From: Heptranchias perlo
Lineage: Eukaryota
Direction of reading: 5' to 3'
Length of the DNA: 64,000 bases
Assembly: GCF_035084215.1 (NCBI RefSeq)
Contig: NC_090346.1
Span: 35,712,001 to 35,776,000, forward strand
This document shows positions 39,567-51,999 of the stretch, in pieces. The notes under the pieces are model-generated. The model saw only the letters and a list, made by a program, of their open reading frames with translations, searched no databases and was not told the origin of the DNA. Position 1 is the stretch's first letter. Each line of letters begins with the position of its first letter. The translations under genes and the position numbers were made by a program.

Positions 39567-41860
39567 GTTCTAGGGAATGAGGCGGGCCAAGTGGAGCAAG
39601 TGTCAGTGGGGGAGCATTTAGGGAGCAGCGATCATACTATCATAAAGTTTAGAATAGCTATGGAAAAGGACACAGACCACTCTAAAGTAAAAATACTCAA
39701 TTGGAGGAGGGCCAGTTTTAATGGGATGAGAACAGATCTGGCCCGGGTAAATTGGAATCAAAGATTGGCAGGCAAAACTGTAATTGAGTGGGCGGCCTAT
39801 AAGGAGGAGATGGTTCGGGTACAGTCTAGGCACATTGCCACAAGGCAGAAAGGTAGGGCAACCAAAGCCAGAGCTCCCTGGATGACAAAAGAGATAGTGA
39901 GTAAGATGAAACGGAAAAAAAGGGGCATATGACGAATAACAGGTTGATAACACAAGTGAAAGCCAGGCAGAATATAGAACGTTCAGAGGGGAAGTGAAAA
40001 AGAAAGTAAGAGGGGCAAAGAGAGAATATGAGAATAGACTGGCGGCAAACATAAAAGGAAATGAAAAAGTCTTCTAAAGACATGTTATTAGTAGACGGGT
40101 AGTAAGAGGAGGGGTGGGGCCGATTGGGGACCATAAAGGAGATCTATTAATGGTGGCAGAGGGGATGACCGAGGTACTAAATGAATACTTTGCATCAGTC
40201 TTTACCAAGGAAGAAGATGCTGCCAGAGTTTCAGTAAAGGAAGATATAGTTGAGATACTGGATGGGCTAAAAATTGATAAAGAAGAGGTACTTGAAAGGC
40301 TAGTTGTAAAGTCACCCGGTCCGAATGGGATGCATCCTAGGTTGCTAAGGAAAGGTGGAAATTGTGGGTGGAGGTACAGGCCATAATCTTCCAAACATCC
40401 GTAGATATGGGGGTGGTGTCAGAGAACTGGAGAACTGCAAATGTTACACCCTTGTTCAAAAAAGGGTGTAAGGATAAACCCAGCCAGTCAGTTTTACCTT
40501 AGTGGTGGGGAAACTTTTAGAAATGATAATCCGGGACAGAATTAACAGTGACTTGGACAAGCGTGAATTGATTAGGGAAAACCAGCATGGATTTGTTAAA
40601 GGCAAATTGTGTTTAATTAATCTGATAGAGTTTTTTGATGAGGTAACAGAGAGGGTCGGTGAGGGCAATGCAGTTGATGTGTATATGGACTTTCAAAAGG
40701 CGTTGATAAAGTGCCGCACAGTAGGCTTATCATTAAGATTGTAGCTCATGGAATAAAGGGTGCAGTAGCAACATGGATACAGAATTGACTAAGGGACAGG
40801 AAACAGAGGTATTGGTGAACGGTTGTTTTTCCAACTGGAGGGAGGTATACAGTGGTATTCCCCAGGGGTCAGTGCTGGGACCACTGCTTTTCTTGATATC
40901 TATTAATGACTTGGACTTGGGTGTACAGGGCACAATTTCAAAATTTGCAGATGACACAAAACTTGGAAGGGTAGTAAACAGTGAGGGGGATAGTGATAGT
41001 CTTCAAGAGGATATAGACGGGCTGGTGGCATGGGCAGACACGTGGCAGATGAAATTTAACGCAGAAAAATGTGAAGTGTTACATTTCGATAGGAAGAACA
41101 AGGAGTGGTAATATAAACTAGCAGGCACAACTCTAAAAGGGGTACAGGAACAGGGAGATCTGGGGGTATATGTGCACAAATCGTTGAAGGTGGCAGGGCA
41201 GGTTGAGAAAGCGATTAAAAAAGCATACGGGATCCTGGGCTTTATAAATAGAGGCATAGAGTACAAAAGTATGGGCGTCATGATGAATCTTTATAAAACA
41301 CTGGTTTGGCCACAACTGGGGTATTGTGTCCAGTTCTGGGTATCGCACTTTAGGAATGATGTGAAGGCCTTAGAAAGGGTGCAGAAGAGATTTACTAGAA
41401 TGATTCCAGGGATGAGGGACTTAAATTACATGGATAGACAGGAGAAGCTGGGATTGTTCTCCTTGGAACAGAGTCGGTTGCGAGGAGATTTGATAGAGGT
41501 ATTCAAAATCATGAAGGGTCTAGACAGGATAGATGGAGAGAAACTGTTCCCATTGGCGGAAGGGTCAAGAACCAGAGGACATAGATTTAAGGTGATTGGC
41601 AAAAGAAACAAAGGTGACATGAGGGTAAAACTTTTTTGCACAGCGAGTGGTTAGGATCTGGAATGCGCTGCCAGAGGGGGTGGTGGAGGCAGATTCAATC
41701 ATGGCCTTCAAAAGGGATAAGTACTCGAAAGGAAAAAAATTGCAGGGCTACGGGGAAAGGGCAGGGGAGTGGGATTAGCTGGATTGCTCTTGCATAGAGC
41801 TGGCATGGACTCAATGGGCCGAATGGCCTCCTTCCGTGCTGTAACCTTTCTATGATTCTA
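39567..41860 (+). mobile_element. CR1 LINE, 5'-truncated, defective ORF2
   Basis: GEHLGSSDH, KSPGPNGMHP, QHGF, YMDFQKA, GIPQGSVLGPLLF, KFADDTKLG; TTCTATGATTCTA tail. Several frameshifts and stops. Confidence 0.95.
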
Positions 41861-41922
41861 GTCCCATTATCCTGCCCATTTCCCACACCCTTTTGAGTAT
41901 TTCTATTTCAAATCTATTTATC

Positions 41923-42075
41923 GGTGTCAGCCTTGGCTCTCTTGACTATGAGTTGAAAGGTTGTCAACATTTATCCCTCGACTCTCACCAGCCAAAAAGC
42001 ATATCAGCTGGCCATTTATCTCATTGCTGTTTATGGGACCTTGATATACGCAAATTGCACATTACAACAGTTGCC
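41923..42075 (+). mobile_element. Internally deleted Deu-domain SINE remnant
   Basis: GTGTCAGCCTTGGCTC head joined to CAACATTTATCCCTC...CTCATTGCTGTTTATGGGACCTTG. Confidence 0.55.
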
Positions 42076-42979
42076 AGTGCCCTGGGATCTGGATGCCAGC
42101 ATATATCATACTGCCTTCAGGAGAGGGAAGAGTAAGGCGAGGAAAGTAACATTTCCTGACAAAAATCATGTAACATGTTATGGCGCTGTGAATTACAATT
42201 ACTAAATTAACACAAGTATAATAATGAGTGCCAAAAAGCTCTTATGACAGTACTCTCTCTCTTTGTAATAATGTTCCTGCTATGTTAGTTTTCATATAAA
42301 CGTGAAAATCCTGTGACTTGATACTATTGGAATGTTGGTGACTGCTCAGTTGGAGTCTCCATCACAGCGAGCACCAAATACTCGGTGCAGATAATGAAAC
42401 AAAACTGGCTGTTGGGGCTGAAATACTTGTTAGCAGAGGTGGGGATGACACTGGAGATGTGAATCCTTCTCTTGTTGGACACTGTTTTGTAACATGCGCA
42501 TAAGTGAGACTCCTGTCAACTGCAAATCAAACACTGAAAAGCTCAGAGGTAAAAGCTATCTTGAGTGGATAAAGCACGAATGTCAGTTAATGTCTCCGAA
42601 AATGGGAATCCAAGTAAGATTTATATAATATTCAAGCTTAAAACCTGAATCCACTTCTACTGACAGCTAATGCTGAGCTTAAGAAAGCATGTAAAATTCA
42701 GTCTTGGGCTGTTGCACCAGGTTAGTTTCAACAAAAGTCATGTGCTCCCATTTACAATATTACTTCGCAAACTTTATTCGCCATAAATAGAATAATATGT
42801 GTTAAGCCTTCAGTTTCCATGTTAAAGCATTACAATAATCTGGTTTCTCCATTAGAGTGATTTCTGCTCCATTTATCAGAATAAATGATCGGAAACAAGG
42901 TACCTCTGTTCTCTACGTATATTGTAATGGTTGTTTAGATCAAGCAGAGGCTGGTTAGTATGTGCTGGAAGATCACGTT

Positions 42980-43215
42980 ACATAGAATTACACAGGATGT
43001 ACAGCACAGAAACAGGCCATTCGGCCCAACAGGTCCATGCTGGTGTTTATGCTCCACACGAGCCACCTCCCTCCCTTCTTCATCTAACCCTGTCAGCATA
43101 TCCTTCTATTCCTTTCCTCCCTCATGTGTTTATCTAGCTTCCCCTTAAATGCATCTATGCTAGTCGTTCTAACCACTCTCTGGGTAAAGTTTCTCCTGAA
43201 TTCCCTATTGGATAG
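42980..43215 (-). mobile_element. CR1 3' UTR fragment
   Basis: Reverse complement of the 3' end of the CR1 at 49600-49800 (ACAGCACAGAAACAGGCCATTCGGCCCAA). Confidence 0.85.
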
Positions 43216-44191
43216 GAAGTAACTAATGAATAAGCAATAGTAAGATTGCAACATGATAATCCTCCATTAAATCAAATTTAAATGTGTGTTGACTTAGGTA
43301 GTATAATTTAATTGAACTAAAGACCGAATCGGTTATGAAGAATTAGCATTTAGATATGTTGTGAATTTTGCATTCAGTGCTCTTAAGGCAAAAATTATGT
43401 TTATATTGAAGAGATGACATTAATGGCATTTAGATTCTGAAAATTGTGTTGATCTTAATCCTGGATAACCACTAATTTCCAACAAATAGGATGGTTTGCA
43501 GGTTACTCAGTTCTCCAGAATGTCAGATCCTTACATTTATGGCAGGTATGAAATTAAATTGGTGATGTGCCCAAGCTGTCTTACTACAACAGTGACACCT
43601 AATTAATGCCCCGGTCGGACACACCACAAAGTGTCTGTCTGAGGTTTGGCCGTTTGGCTTTTGAAGTGTTAATTAAAATTCGCCATAGGTGGAATCCTGC
43701 AAACTGTGCCGTACACAGAAAAACTGTTGCTATAGTTGTTAATTAGCTCAGTAATGAACATTTCAAAAACATAATCCTTATTTCCATTTTTCCTAATTAA
43801 GAAAAGTACTTTTGGTGTTCTTGTTTGCATTTCCTTTATTATTTGAGATATTTCAAAGTGTACAGCTTGTGTAGAGATTGAGTACAGATCATGGATTAAA
43901 GTGATGACAGCTGGTAGAACGGTGGCACACATGGTAGCAAAAATAGTGCCCTAAAAAGTTTCAAAATTATGTGTCCAACTGCAATCTACCTAAATATATG
44001 GAAAAGTGTATGGTTGATTTGGTAGAGTAAACATATTGGAGCTCCCACTTTAGTACTGCAAGATAAATCTTTCTGGCCAATTCATCGTGTGGTTATATAG
44101 TTGACTTCAGCAGAAATGCAAATTTGATGCGACTCATCTTTTGTTGCTCCATGTGTGCACTCATAAAACACCATCTTTTCACCACTTTGCA

Positions 44192-44439
44192 CTAGAGGCA
44201 GTCGTTCGGAACATTTACCTCAAAAAGGTCTGAAATTATCTCATTAACTGTAAGATCGTTTAGTTCATCCAGAGTGACGTACTTGTGGTAGATCTTCTCC
44301 TCTGTCACTGCCACTACCCGCACACCATGTTTGTCCTCCCCCAGCTGGCAGCCTATAGCTGAAGTCACCACCATATCCAGACTGTTAAACATGCCACCGG
44401 CGTTCCGATGGTAGTGGCCAGCGAAGACCGCTTTTACAC
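44192..44439 (-). CDS. CPPED1: Calcineurin-like phosphoesterase domain-containing protein 1, last coding exon (phase-1 acceptor)
   Basis: Minus-strand acceptor TTTTGATTTGTTCCAG|GT, then (G)[59 protein letters not shown]...*. It carries the metallophosphoesterase GHxH motif and closely matches the recalled human CPPED1 C-terminus. Confidence 0.96.
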
Positions 44440-45087
44440 CTGGAACAAATCAAAATGATCAGTCAGCATAACAACATAATGATGCATTTCACTTCTCAAT
44501 TCAGCTTCCTTTGCCAGTGAAACTGGTGCTAAAATTCTCTAGAATGTTCAATTTCTACATCAGCCATGCAAGGAATTTTACTTTTTGAATTCTGAGAATG
44601 ACTGTAAAATGTATTAAATACATGTTTGAAATTATGATTGGTTACCACTGTGCCCCATTGGATTTCAGTGAGTGTAATCAATGTTGTGCAGTTTAGAGCA
44701 CTCGGAGGAATTGCTGGAGAATTCTTTTGTATGCAGGGAGTTTAATTTGCGAGGCTTCTACTGGCACGCTGAATTGGTGCATTCATTTCCACAACCCTGT
44801 TTTCCCCTGATTTTTAAAAGGAGTGAGCCAAGTCTCGGAGCTGATAAGTCAGTGTATGCTGGGACCTTGGGGAAAGCCTCACTGTATTGATAGAAAGTCC
44901 CAAATACTGCCACAGTTGTTTCTGCCAGCTGCTACACACAGGAGCTATGTTGTGATATTACAGACCAACTGCAACAAAAAGCCCTCAGTATTTGTTTAAT
45001 GTTTACCTTCTCTCTTTGACAGCGAACGTAAAAGAGAGTACAGAGATGGACTGTTCTCCAGCTTCCTCCAATGCTGCTATTTAAGTG

Positions 45088-45295
45088 TGAACAATTTTAC
45101 AACACCAAGTTATAGTCCAACAAATTTATTTTTAATTCCACAAGCTTTCGGAGGCTTCCTCCTTCGTCAGGTGACGAAGGAGGAAGCCTCCGAAAGCTTG
45201 TGGAATTAAAAATAAATTTGTTGGACTATAACTTGGTGTTGTAAAATTGTTTACAATTGTCAACCCCAGTCCATCACCGGCATCTCCACATCATG
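45088..45295. mobile_element. PLE pseudo-LTR insertion with inverted (fold-back) structure
   Basis: Perfect 80-bp inverted repeat at 45090-45169 / 45172-45251. The right arm continues to the family terminus ACATCATG. The 12-bp TSD GCTATTTAAGTG lies at 45076-45087 and 45296-45307. Confidence 0.93.
45138..45174 (-). ncRNA. Minimal hammerhead ribozyme motif in the PLE fold-back
   Basis: Minus strand reads UCAC-CUGACGA-A-GGAG-gaagc-CUCC-GAAA-GC-UU-GUGG. Confidence 0.6.
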
Positions 45296-45377
45296 GCTAT
45301 TTAAGTGCAAAGAGGAGCAGGGCTGGTTTGGGAAAACCTTTCCTCTGGTTTTTCCCAGGGGGTAAACCAAAATTCAA

Positions 45378-45520
45378 GGGTCAATTTTCAACTTTGCCGC
45401 CTGGGTGGCAATGTGGCGGAACAGAGTGCCCGCTGGTTATAATGGGACACGTTCTATAACGGGCATGTGATCCGCTCCACCACATTATCGTCCAGGTGGC
45501 AAAGATTGAAATTCATCCCC
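45378..45520. mobile_element. Short palindromic MITE
   Basis: Left GGGTCAATTTTCAACTTTGCCGCCTGG; right CCAGGTGGCAAAGATTGAAATTCATCCC. Confidence 0.65.
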
Positions 45521-47364
45521 ATGGATTTTCCCAGAGGTAGCCGTGTTCTACACTAACAACAGTTTTATCAGTGCCCAGTGCAAGAGTGATAAGCTTACTC
45601 CAACATCACTTCAATGAGGTCACACACAAAATGTGGTATCATTCAAAAAGCCAATCCGGTATTCATCAACATCAAACCAGGAAGCAACATCTCCATGCCT
45701 TGTATGTGGAAGTATAAGCTGATAGTTACTATACCACGGGGGTAGAATTTCTCTGGTCATAATGTGCAGGCACAACGTAAATGCATTCAAAAGAACGTGT
45801 TTCCGATTTTGCCACCCACAATGGCCAAAGGAATTGTACTCCCAGCCTCCCAGTAAGTTGTTCTGTTAATTCTTCTTTGGAAACACTAATGGGAACTGGC
45901 ATAGTTACTCCCCTCAGCAATTTGCTTAAGTTGCTGTGAGGAATAGAGAAGGTATGCTTTTAAAACAACTGTAAAAAGTAATGTGACAATCCATTCACCT
46001 CTAACTTCATCAGGCACCACTGTTTTAAATGCTGTTTTCTCATCAGTCATGTGGTGAGGTATTTAACTTAACCCAGTGTGGGGATGAGTGTGTTGGTTGA
46101 CAGATTTCTGCAAAGCTTCTAGCCTTTCTTGAGAAATGGGGCGGTAGAGGGGGAATGGTCCACCTTTTGAGTCAAACAGCTTTATATAAAAAAAATCTTT
46201 TAAGGTTTTGTTAGTTATGAGTGGATATCATCGGAAACTCATGTAGCAGCAATGAGGAAATGATGGAAACACACAACAGGCCAATCAGTATCTGTGGAGA
46301 GGACAGACAATTGACTTTTTGGTTGTGTGCCCTTCTTCAAAATTGAAAAATAAGAGGTGAACAAGCATATAAATACAATCAGATAAAGGGCAATAAATAT
46401 ATTTTTAAATAAAAAAGACAACCACAGAGAGGAGAATGATGTATTAAATCATCTCAGTCAAGCAATTGAAGCATTAAGACATGAAAGGAACGGACGTGTC
46501 ATTAGCTAAGGAAGTGAGAGGCATATGGTAAATGGGGGAGATACAAAACCTGGAGGTCAGTGCTGAAGTCACTGAAGCCAATGGCAGTTTGACAGTATTT
46601 TCATTCCCATATTCGGGCTATCAACAACAATCATGTTCTACACAATTCCATCTAAGAGCACTATAGATAATTTCTCTCAGATAAACAAAAGAATGAAATA
46701 TATTTTCCTAACTCCAAAGTTTCTTTTCCTTCAAAAAAAAGAGTCCAGCATCGATTATTAATCTTATAATTTATTTGAATTCTCCTTCTTCTGAGGTACT
46801 GTGTAGCATAATTTTACCAAAATATTTCAAAGAGTTTATACAGTAAAACAGTTTACCTATTAAATATTCAAGATCTGTATAATAAGAATATCCAAATCTC
46901 CAGTCTGAAGGCTAGTTTATAGCGAGAGTCATTGATCAAAAAATTCTTGATCGTTTGAATTAAATAAAAGAACCAATCTAGAATGAAAATTTTAACAGAA
47001 CTTCACTGAGCAATTTGGATTTTGGGTCCTTCTGCAATTCAGTGTCACTCAAGTCAGCTCTGTGGTAATGCCACTTGACATTTCAATTTATTCAGCTTGA
47101 TAACATTTTATGGTGTTTAGTTGGCTTATTCAATCACTTGGCATTCCAAGTAGCCACTCTCACTATTGATCTAAATAACCTGGACACACTGGCAATGCAC
47201 ACGGGCACTGAGAAACCATATGCACACCAATATCATTTAGAATGGAAAGATAAAAAGGTCACTAACTGACAAAGAGCATTTCAAATAGGTGTCCAAATAA
47301 AAGACTATGATAATTTGAAAAAGAAAATGTCTTGTCAAAGACCCTCTTCCTGGCCCCCAAAGGC

Positions 47365-47765
47365 ACAATGAGTCGCTGAACCACACAGATCAGGAAGATC
47401 CTACGAATGGTCTCTGCTCTGTGCAAAGTTAACTAATCTCAGCTGGGGTCATAGCAGGGTTACTACAATTGGCCTCAGCACCCCAGGGTTAGCGAGGGGA
47501 AAATCAGCCAGGGTTTTCACTCCTGATCACTATCCAGTGATCCCTGCTTGGAGTTCACATGTGCAGGCATCAGTTGAGGAGAGGATCTGACTCAATTAGG
47601 ACCCCCACGGTTGAATAACCTGCTAACCGTCACTGTCAAGGCTCACTTAAATAATTGCAACATGGGTGAAGAGTCAGAGGATGACTAGCATCTGTGAACA
47701 AAACTCCAGCCAGGAGTCAACACCTTCAGAAGAGACTGGAGAGAAAATTGGCAAGAAGAGAGAAC
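47365..47765 (+). mobile_element. SINE-like repeat (unnamed family B)
   Basis: Core AAAATCAGCCAGGGTTTTCACTCCTGATCACTATCCAGTGATCCCTGC and tail GAGAAAATTGGCAAG are shared with 3968-4335. Confidence 0.6.
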
Positions 47766-47829
47766 AAAACAATCTGTCTTCCTTAGCCTGGTGAAGCCAT
47801 CTTCCTAACCTCGGCCCAGCAACTCTACA

Positions 47830-47960
47830 GGGTAAATTTTTGTCTTTACTGCATGGGCAGTAATCGGAAATCAATGGGATGAAAATTGGATGGGTTCTGC
47901 AACAGGTGGGCAATCTACTCTGTCATATTACTGCCCAGATGGTGAAGACAAAAATGTACC
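47830..47960. mobile_element. Short MITE
   Basis: TIR GGTAAATTTTTGTCTTTA / TGAAGACAAAAATGTACC. Confidence 0.6.
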
Positions 47961-48124
47961 ACCAAGAGTCCTCTTCCCCTGTTCCCTACCTTCCTAACAT
48001 ATAGTATTTTTTTTCTCATTTTTCCTTTACTAATATTTCCTGTTAAATATATTTTTATATTGTATGTCATGACATAATCAGAATAAGGATAGGGCCACAT
48101 GATAAACTCACAGGTAGTGACAAC

Positions 48125-49800
48125 AAAACGGCAAAAATATTGAATAGTTACTTTGCCTCCGTACTTACCAGGGAGACTAACAAGGTGGGCAGGACATTAG
48201 AAAAAATCAATAAAGATATTAAAACATTTAAGATAGAAAGAGGGGAGATAATTGATAAACTAATCAAACTTAGGGAGGATAAGACCCCTTGGTCCAGATG
48301 AATTGCATCCGTGAATATTAAAAGAAGTTAGGGAGGAGATAGCAGAAGCAATATTATATATGTGTATATATATATAAAAATTCATTAGAAAAGGGAATAG
48401 TGCCAAAGGTCTGGCGGACAGCTAATGTTATTCCTATATTTAAAAACGGAGATAGAACATGTCCAGGAAACTACAGACCAGTTAACCAGTTAACGTCAGT
48501 GGTAGGAAACATAATGGAACCTTTACTCAAAGATGTAATAGATGGACATCCAGAGTACAAAAATATAATAAAGAATAGTCAGCACGGATTTCAGAAGGGA
48601 AAGTCATGCTTGACTAACCTTACTGAATTCTTTTAAGAAGTAATAGAAAGAGTAGACATGGGTAATGCAGTAGATGTAATATATTTGGATATATACGTAT
48701 ATATATATATACACCACATTGTAGACTCATGGCTAAGATCAGAGCAGGTGGGGTCAGAGGACAGGTAGCAGAATGGATAGCAAACTGGCTACAAAACAGA
48801 AAAGAGAGTAGGGGTTAAAGGTTACTCAGACTGGTAAAAGGTGGGAAGTGGTGTTCCACAGGGATCGATGCTGGGACCAATGTTGTTCATCATTTACATT
48901 CATGATTTGGACTCGGGAATCGGAAGTACACTTTCAAAATTTGTGGACGACACCAAATTGGGAGGTGTAGTTAATACAAAGGAAGAATACATCAAAATGC
49001 AAGAGGACATTAATAAACTTGCAGAATGGGCGTGTAATTGGCAAATGAATTTCAATATAGATAAGTGTGAGGTGGTGCATTTTAGTCGGAAGAATAAGGA
49101 GGCCACCTACTGCTTGGATAATAAGGGTTTAAACGAGATAGAGGAGCAAAGGGATCTAGGAGTACAGATATCACTAAAAGCAGTGTCGCTACTTCTAGAG
49201 GGATAGAATTGAAAAGCAAAGAAGTTATTTTAAACTTGTACAGAACCTTGGTTAGACCACACTTGGAATATTATGCACAGTTCTGGTCTCCATGTTATAG
49301 AAAGGATATAGAGGTATCAGAGGGGGTGCAAGAAAAATTCACAAAGATGATACCAGAACTGAGAGGATATCCTTATCAGGAAAGGCTAAACAGGCATGGA
49401 GCTCTTTTCTCTAGAAAAGAGAAGGCTGAGGGATGACCTGACAGAGGTCTTTAAGATAATGATAGGGTAGACGTGGAGAAAATGTTTCCACTTGTGGGGA
49501 GTCCAAAACTAGGGGTCACAAATATAAAACAGTCGCCGTAGGGAATTCAGGAAAAACTTCTTTACTGAAAGAGTAGTAAGAATGTGGAGTGCGCTACCGC
49601 AAGGAGTTGTTGAGGCAATTGGCACAGATGCATTTAAGGGGACCTAGATATGCATGTGAGGGAGAAAGGAAAGAAGGGTATCCTGATAGGGTTAGATGAA
49701 GTAGGGAGGGAGGAGGTTCGTGTGGAGCATAAACGCTGGCATAGACCACTTGGGCCGAATGGCCTGTTTTTGTGCTGTAATTTCGATGTAACTCGATGAA
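48125..49800 (+). mobile_element. CR1 LINE, 5'-truncated, defective
   Basis: WRTANVIPIFK, PGNYRPV, QHGFQKGKSCLTNL, GVPQGSMLGP, KFVDDTKLGG and LVRPHLEY, followed by a CR1 3' UTR. Two (TA)n expansions lie inside. Confidence 0.93.
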
Positions 49801-50762
49801 CTTCCACAAAATATTTTTCCATGTTTATGGAGGTGACTTCACATCACACTGTAATTACTGGGATTATTTTTCCTTTCAAAAGAATATTCAAAACGCATTC
49901 TAATCCCATCCTAACTAATTAGCACTTGTACCGAACCACTGAGGAATACAATCTATCGTTAAACACATCTTGTTACCTCCTTAACTAACTTTAATCCTTT
50001 ACCAGATTAATTTTTAATGTATGCAATAAATAGAATACATTCTGAAGACCTAGAGGATATAATTTATATCAATTTAGTCCATTTATGAGATAATTATCCC
50101 AAAGGGCTTCATAATATATATAGGTAAGTACTTTGTGCTAATTTCTTCCACTTCGCCCACTTACAGTGAATTGTGTGGACAAACTTTCCCACAAGTTCAC
50201 AATGTCCTTTGCCCCATGCGATCTTTCTATTGAAGAATTAATTCCTTAAAGTATGGTGTCCCTGGGGTCACAGGCATCAATTCACCATTAAGTAGACTTT
50301 CCTTTCTTCATTAGTGGACACCATTTCATCGCTCCTTCTTGCTCCAGCATCAAGCCTATACACTGCTTTCCTAAACAGGCACCTGTGCATTTCCTTTGGA
50401 AAATGCTCCACAAATTCTACTTCCCTGCAATTTAATTCAGAAATTCACAACTCTAAGCCAAGCTGCTGGTTTTGTAGGGCATCGACATGGATATTTCAGC
50501 TGCTCAGCTTGCTCGTGGCCAGAACAAACCACCACCTTGGATAGTAAGCCACTTTGCATTTATACTGACAGGCGTGCTAAAGCCAGCTGGTTTACTTTTA
50601 TACAAACCATCCTTTTATATATCAAAAACTTGATTCACAACATAGCTGTAGTATCAATCATTGGTCAAAAACAGACCTTGCTATGATTTCAGTGCCATGG
50701 TGAGCTACTTTATACGTTATTGACTAGTTTCCCAGGTATACAGCTGTGAACTGTCAAAAGAC

Positions 50763-51765
50763 AAACACCATCGAAAAAGTAGGGATACATTGTAACTGTT
50801 GTGTTGTTTTGCTAAATAAAACACTGTCTGTAAATGTTTCATAAGTAGTTATTTATTATTCAGTTAATTTGCATTAGATGCATAACACTTTATTAAAACA
50901 TATAATCAGTCTACAACACTATACAAAAGCACCAATTTATATACATCTTCCCACTTCAGCAATGTTGTCACAACTGTAAGGAGCAGGAATCAGCAGCCAT
51001 CAACTGGATTGCGAACGCTGTCCCACACTTCCAAAATTCAATTTTTGTTACGGAAAAAAGTGGGAAGTCAGGATGACATAACGACGACAGGACACTTCAT
51101 CTTTCACTGGTACCTCAGGCTGCACGATCATCACAACTTATTTTTGTATAAAATTATGACAATCATTAAAAAAAAGCAGAGCCAGATAAAAAGCTAACGT
51201 TATATGACCTCATTTCTCCTGAGTTTTTAAGTGTTGCTGTCCATGACAGTCTTTTCACAGGAAATGGGAGGGTAAGACCAGCAGTTTTGTCTATACCATC
51301 CTACTAAGGTTCAACAGGAGGTAAAAGGTTTATTACGACAGGTTTATAATAATGATTTTTTTTTATAACAACTATAAAAATCCAAACACAAGACTTTACT
51401 TTTGAGATAAACTGTACAGATGTTACAAACATTCTTCTCTGTGTCTCACAGTTGGGTACAAACAAACGTGCACAGTATAAGTGTCAAATTTTGTTTGATT
51501 ACACGCCTGTGAAGTGCCTTGGGACGTTGTTTTACGCACTAAAAATGATTAAGTTTCAGTTCTTAGTAATAGATTTTCTATTGTTATCGATGTTATTGCT
51601 TTTGTATAGTGTTGTAGACTGATTATATGTTTTAATAAGGTGTTATGCCCCTAATGCAAATTAACTGAATAATAAATAACTACTTATGAAACATTTACAG
51701 ACAGTGTTTTATTTAGCAAAACAACACAACAATTACAATGTATCCCTACTTTTTTGATGGTGTTT
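50763..51765. repeat. 169-bp inverted repeat pair (50763-50931 / 51597-51765) with a 665-bp spacer
   Basis: Direct reverse-complement alignment by eye gives 5 mismatches in 169 nt. Confidence 0.92.
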
Positions 51766-51999
51766 TATTGTTAATCTGTTAAAGGGACACTATCTTCATG
51801 AAAAACCTTTTCTTGTTAAGGGAGGTAGAAAAGCCATGTCATTCTCATCGTCATAAGGTACGATAATAATTCTTTTTGGGCAAGATGTCTGTTATTGGAT
51901 CATACATATACAAGGAAATTTTAAAAAGATCTCTCAAGCACCTTTACATAAAGACAGTGACCCTTTGAGGAAACAGCCCTTTGTAAGGCAAGATGCCGG

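Noticed and set aside
45090-45251. miRNA precursor
   Set aside because: The perfect hairpin is fully explained by an inverted PLE pseudo-LTR with a TSD.
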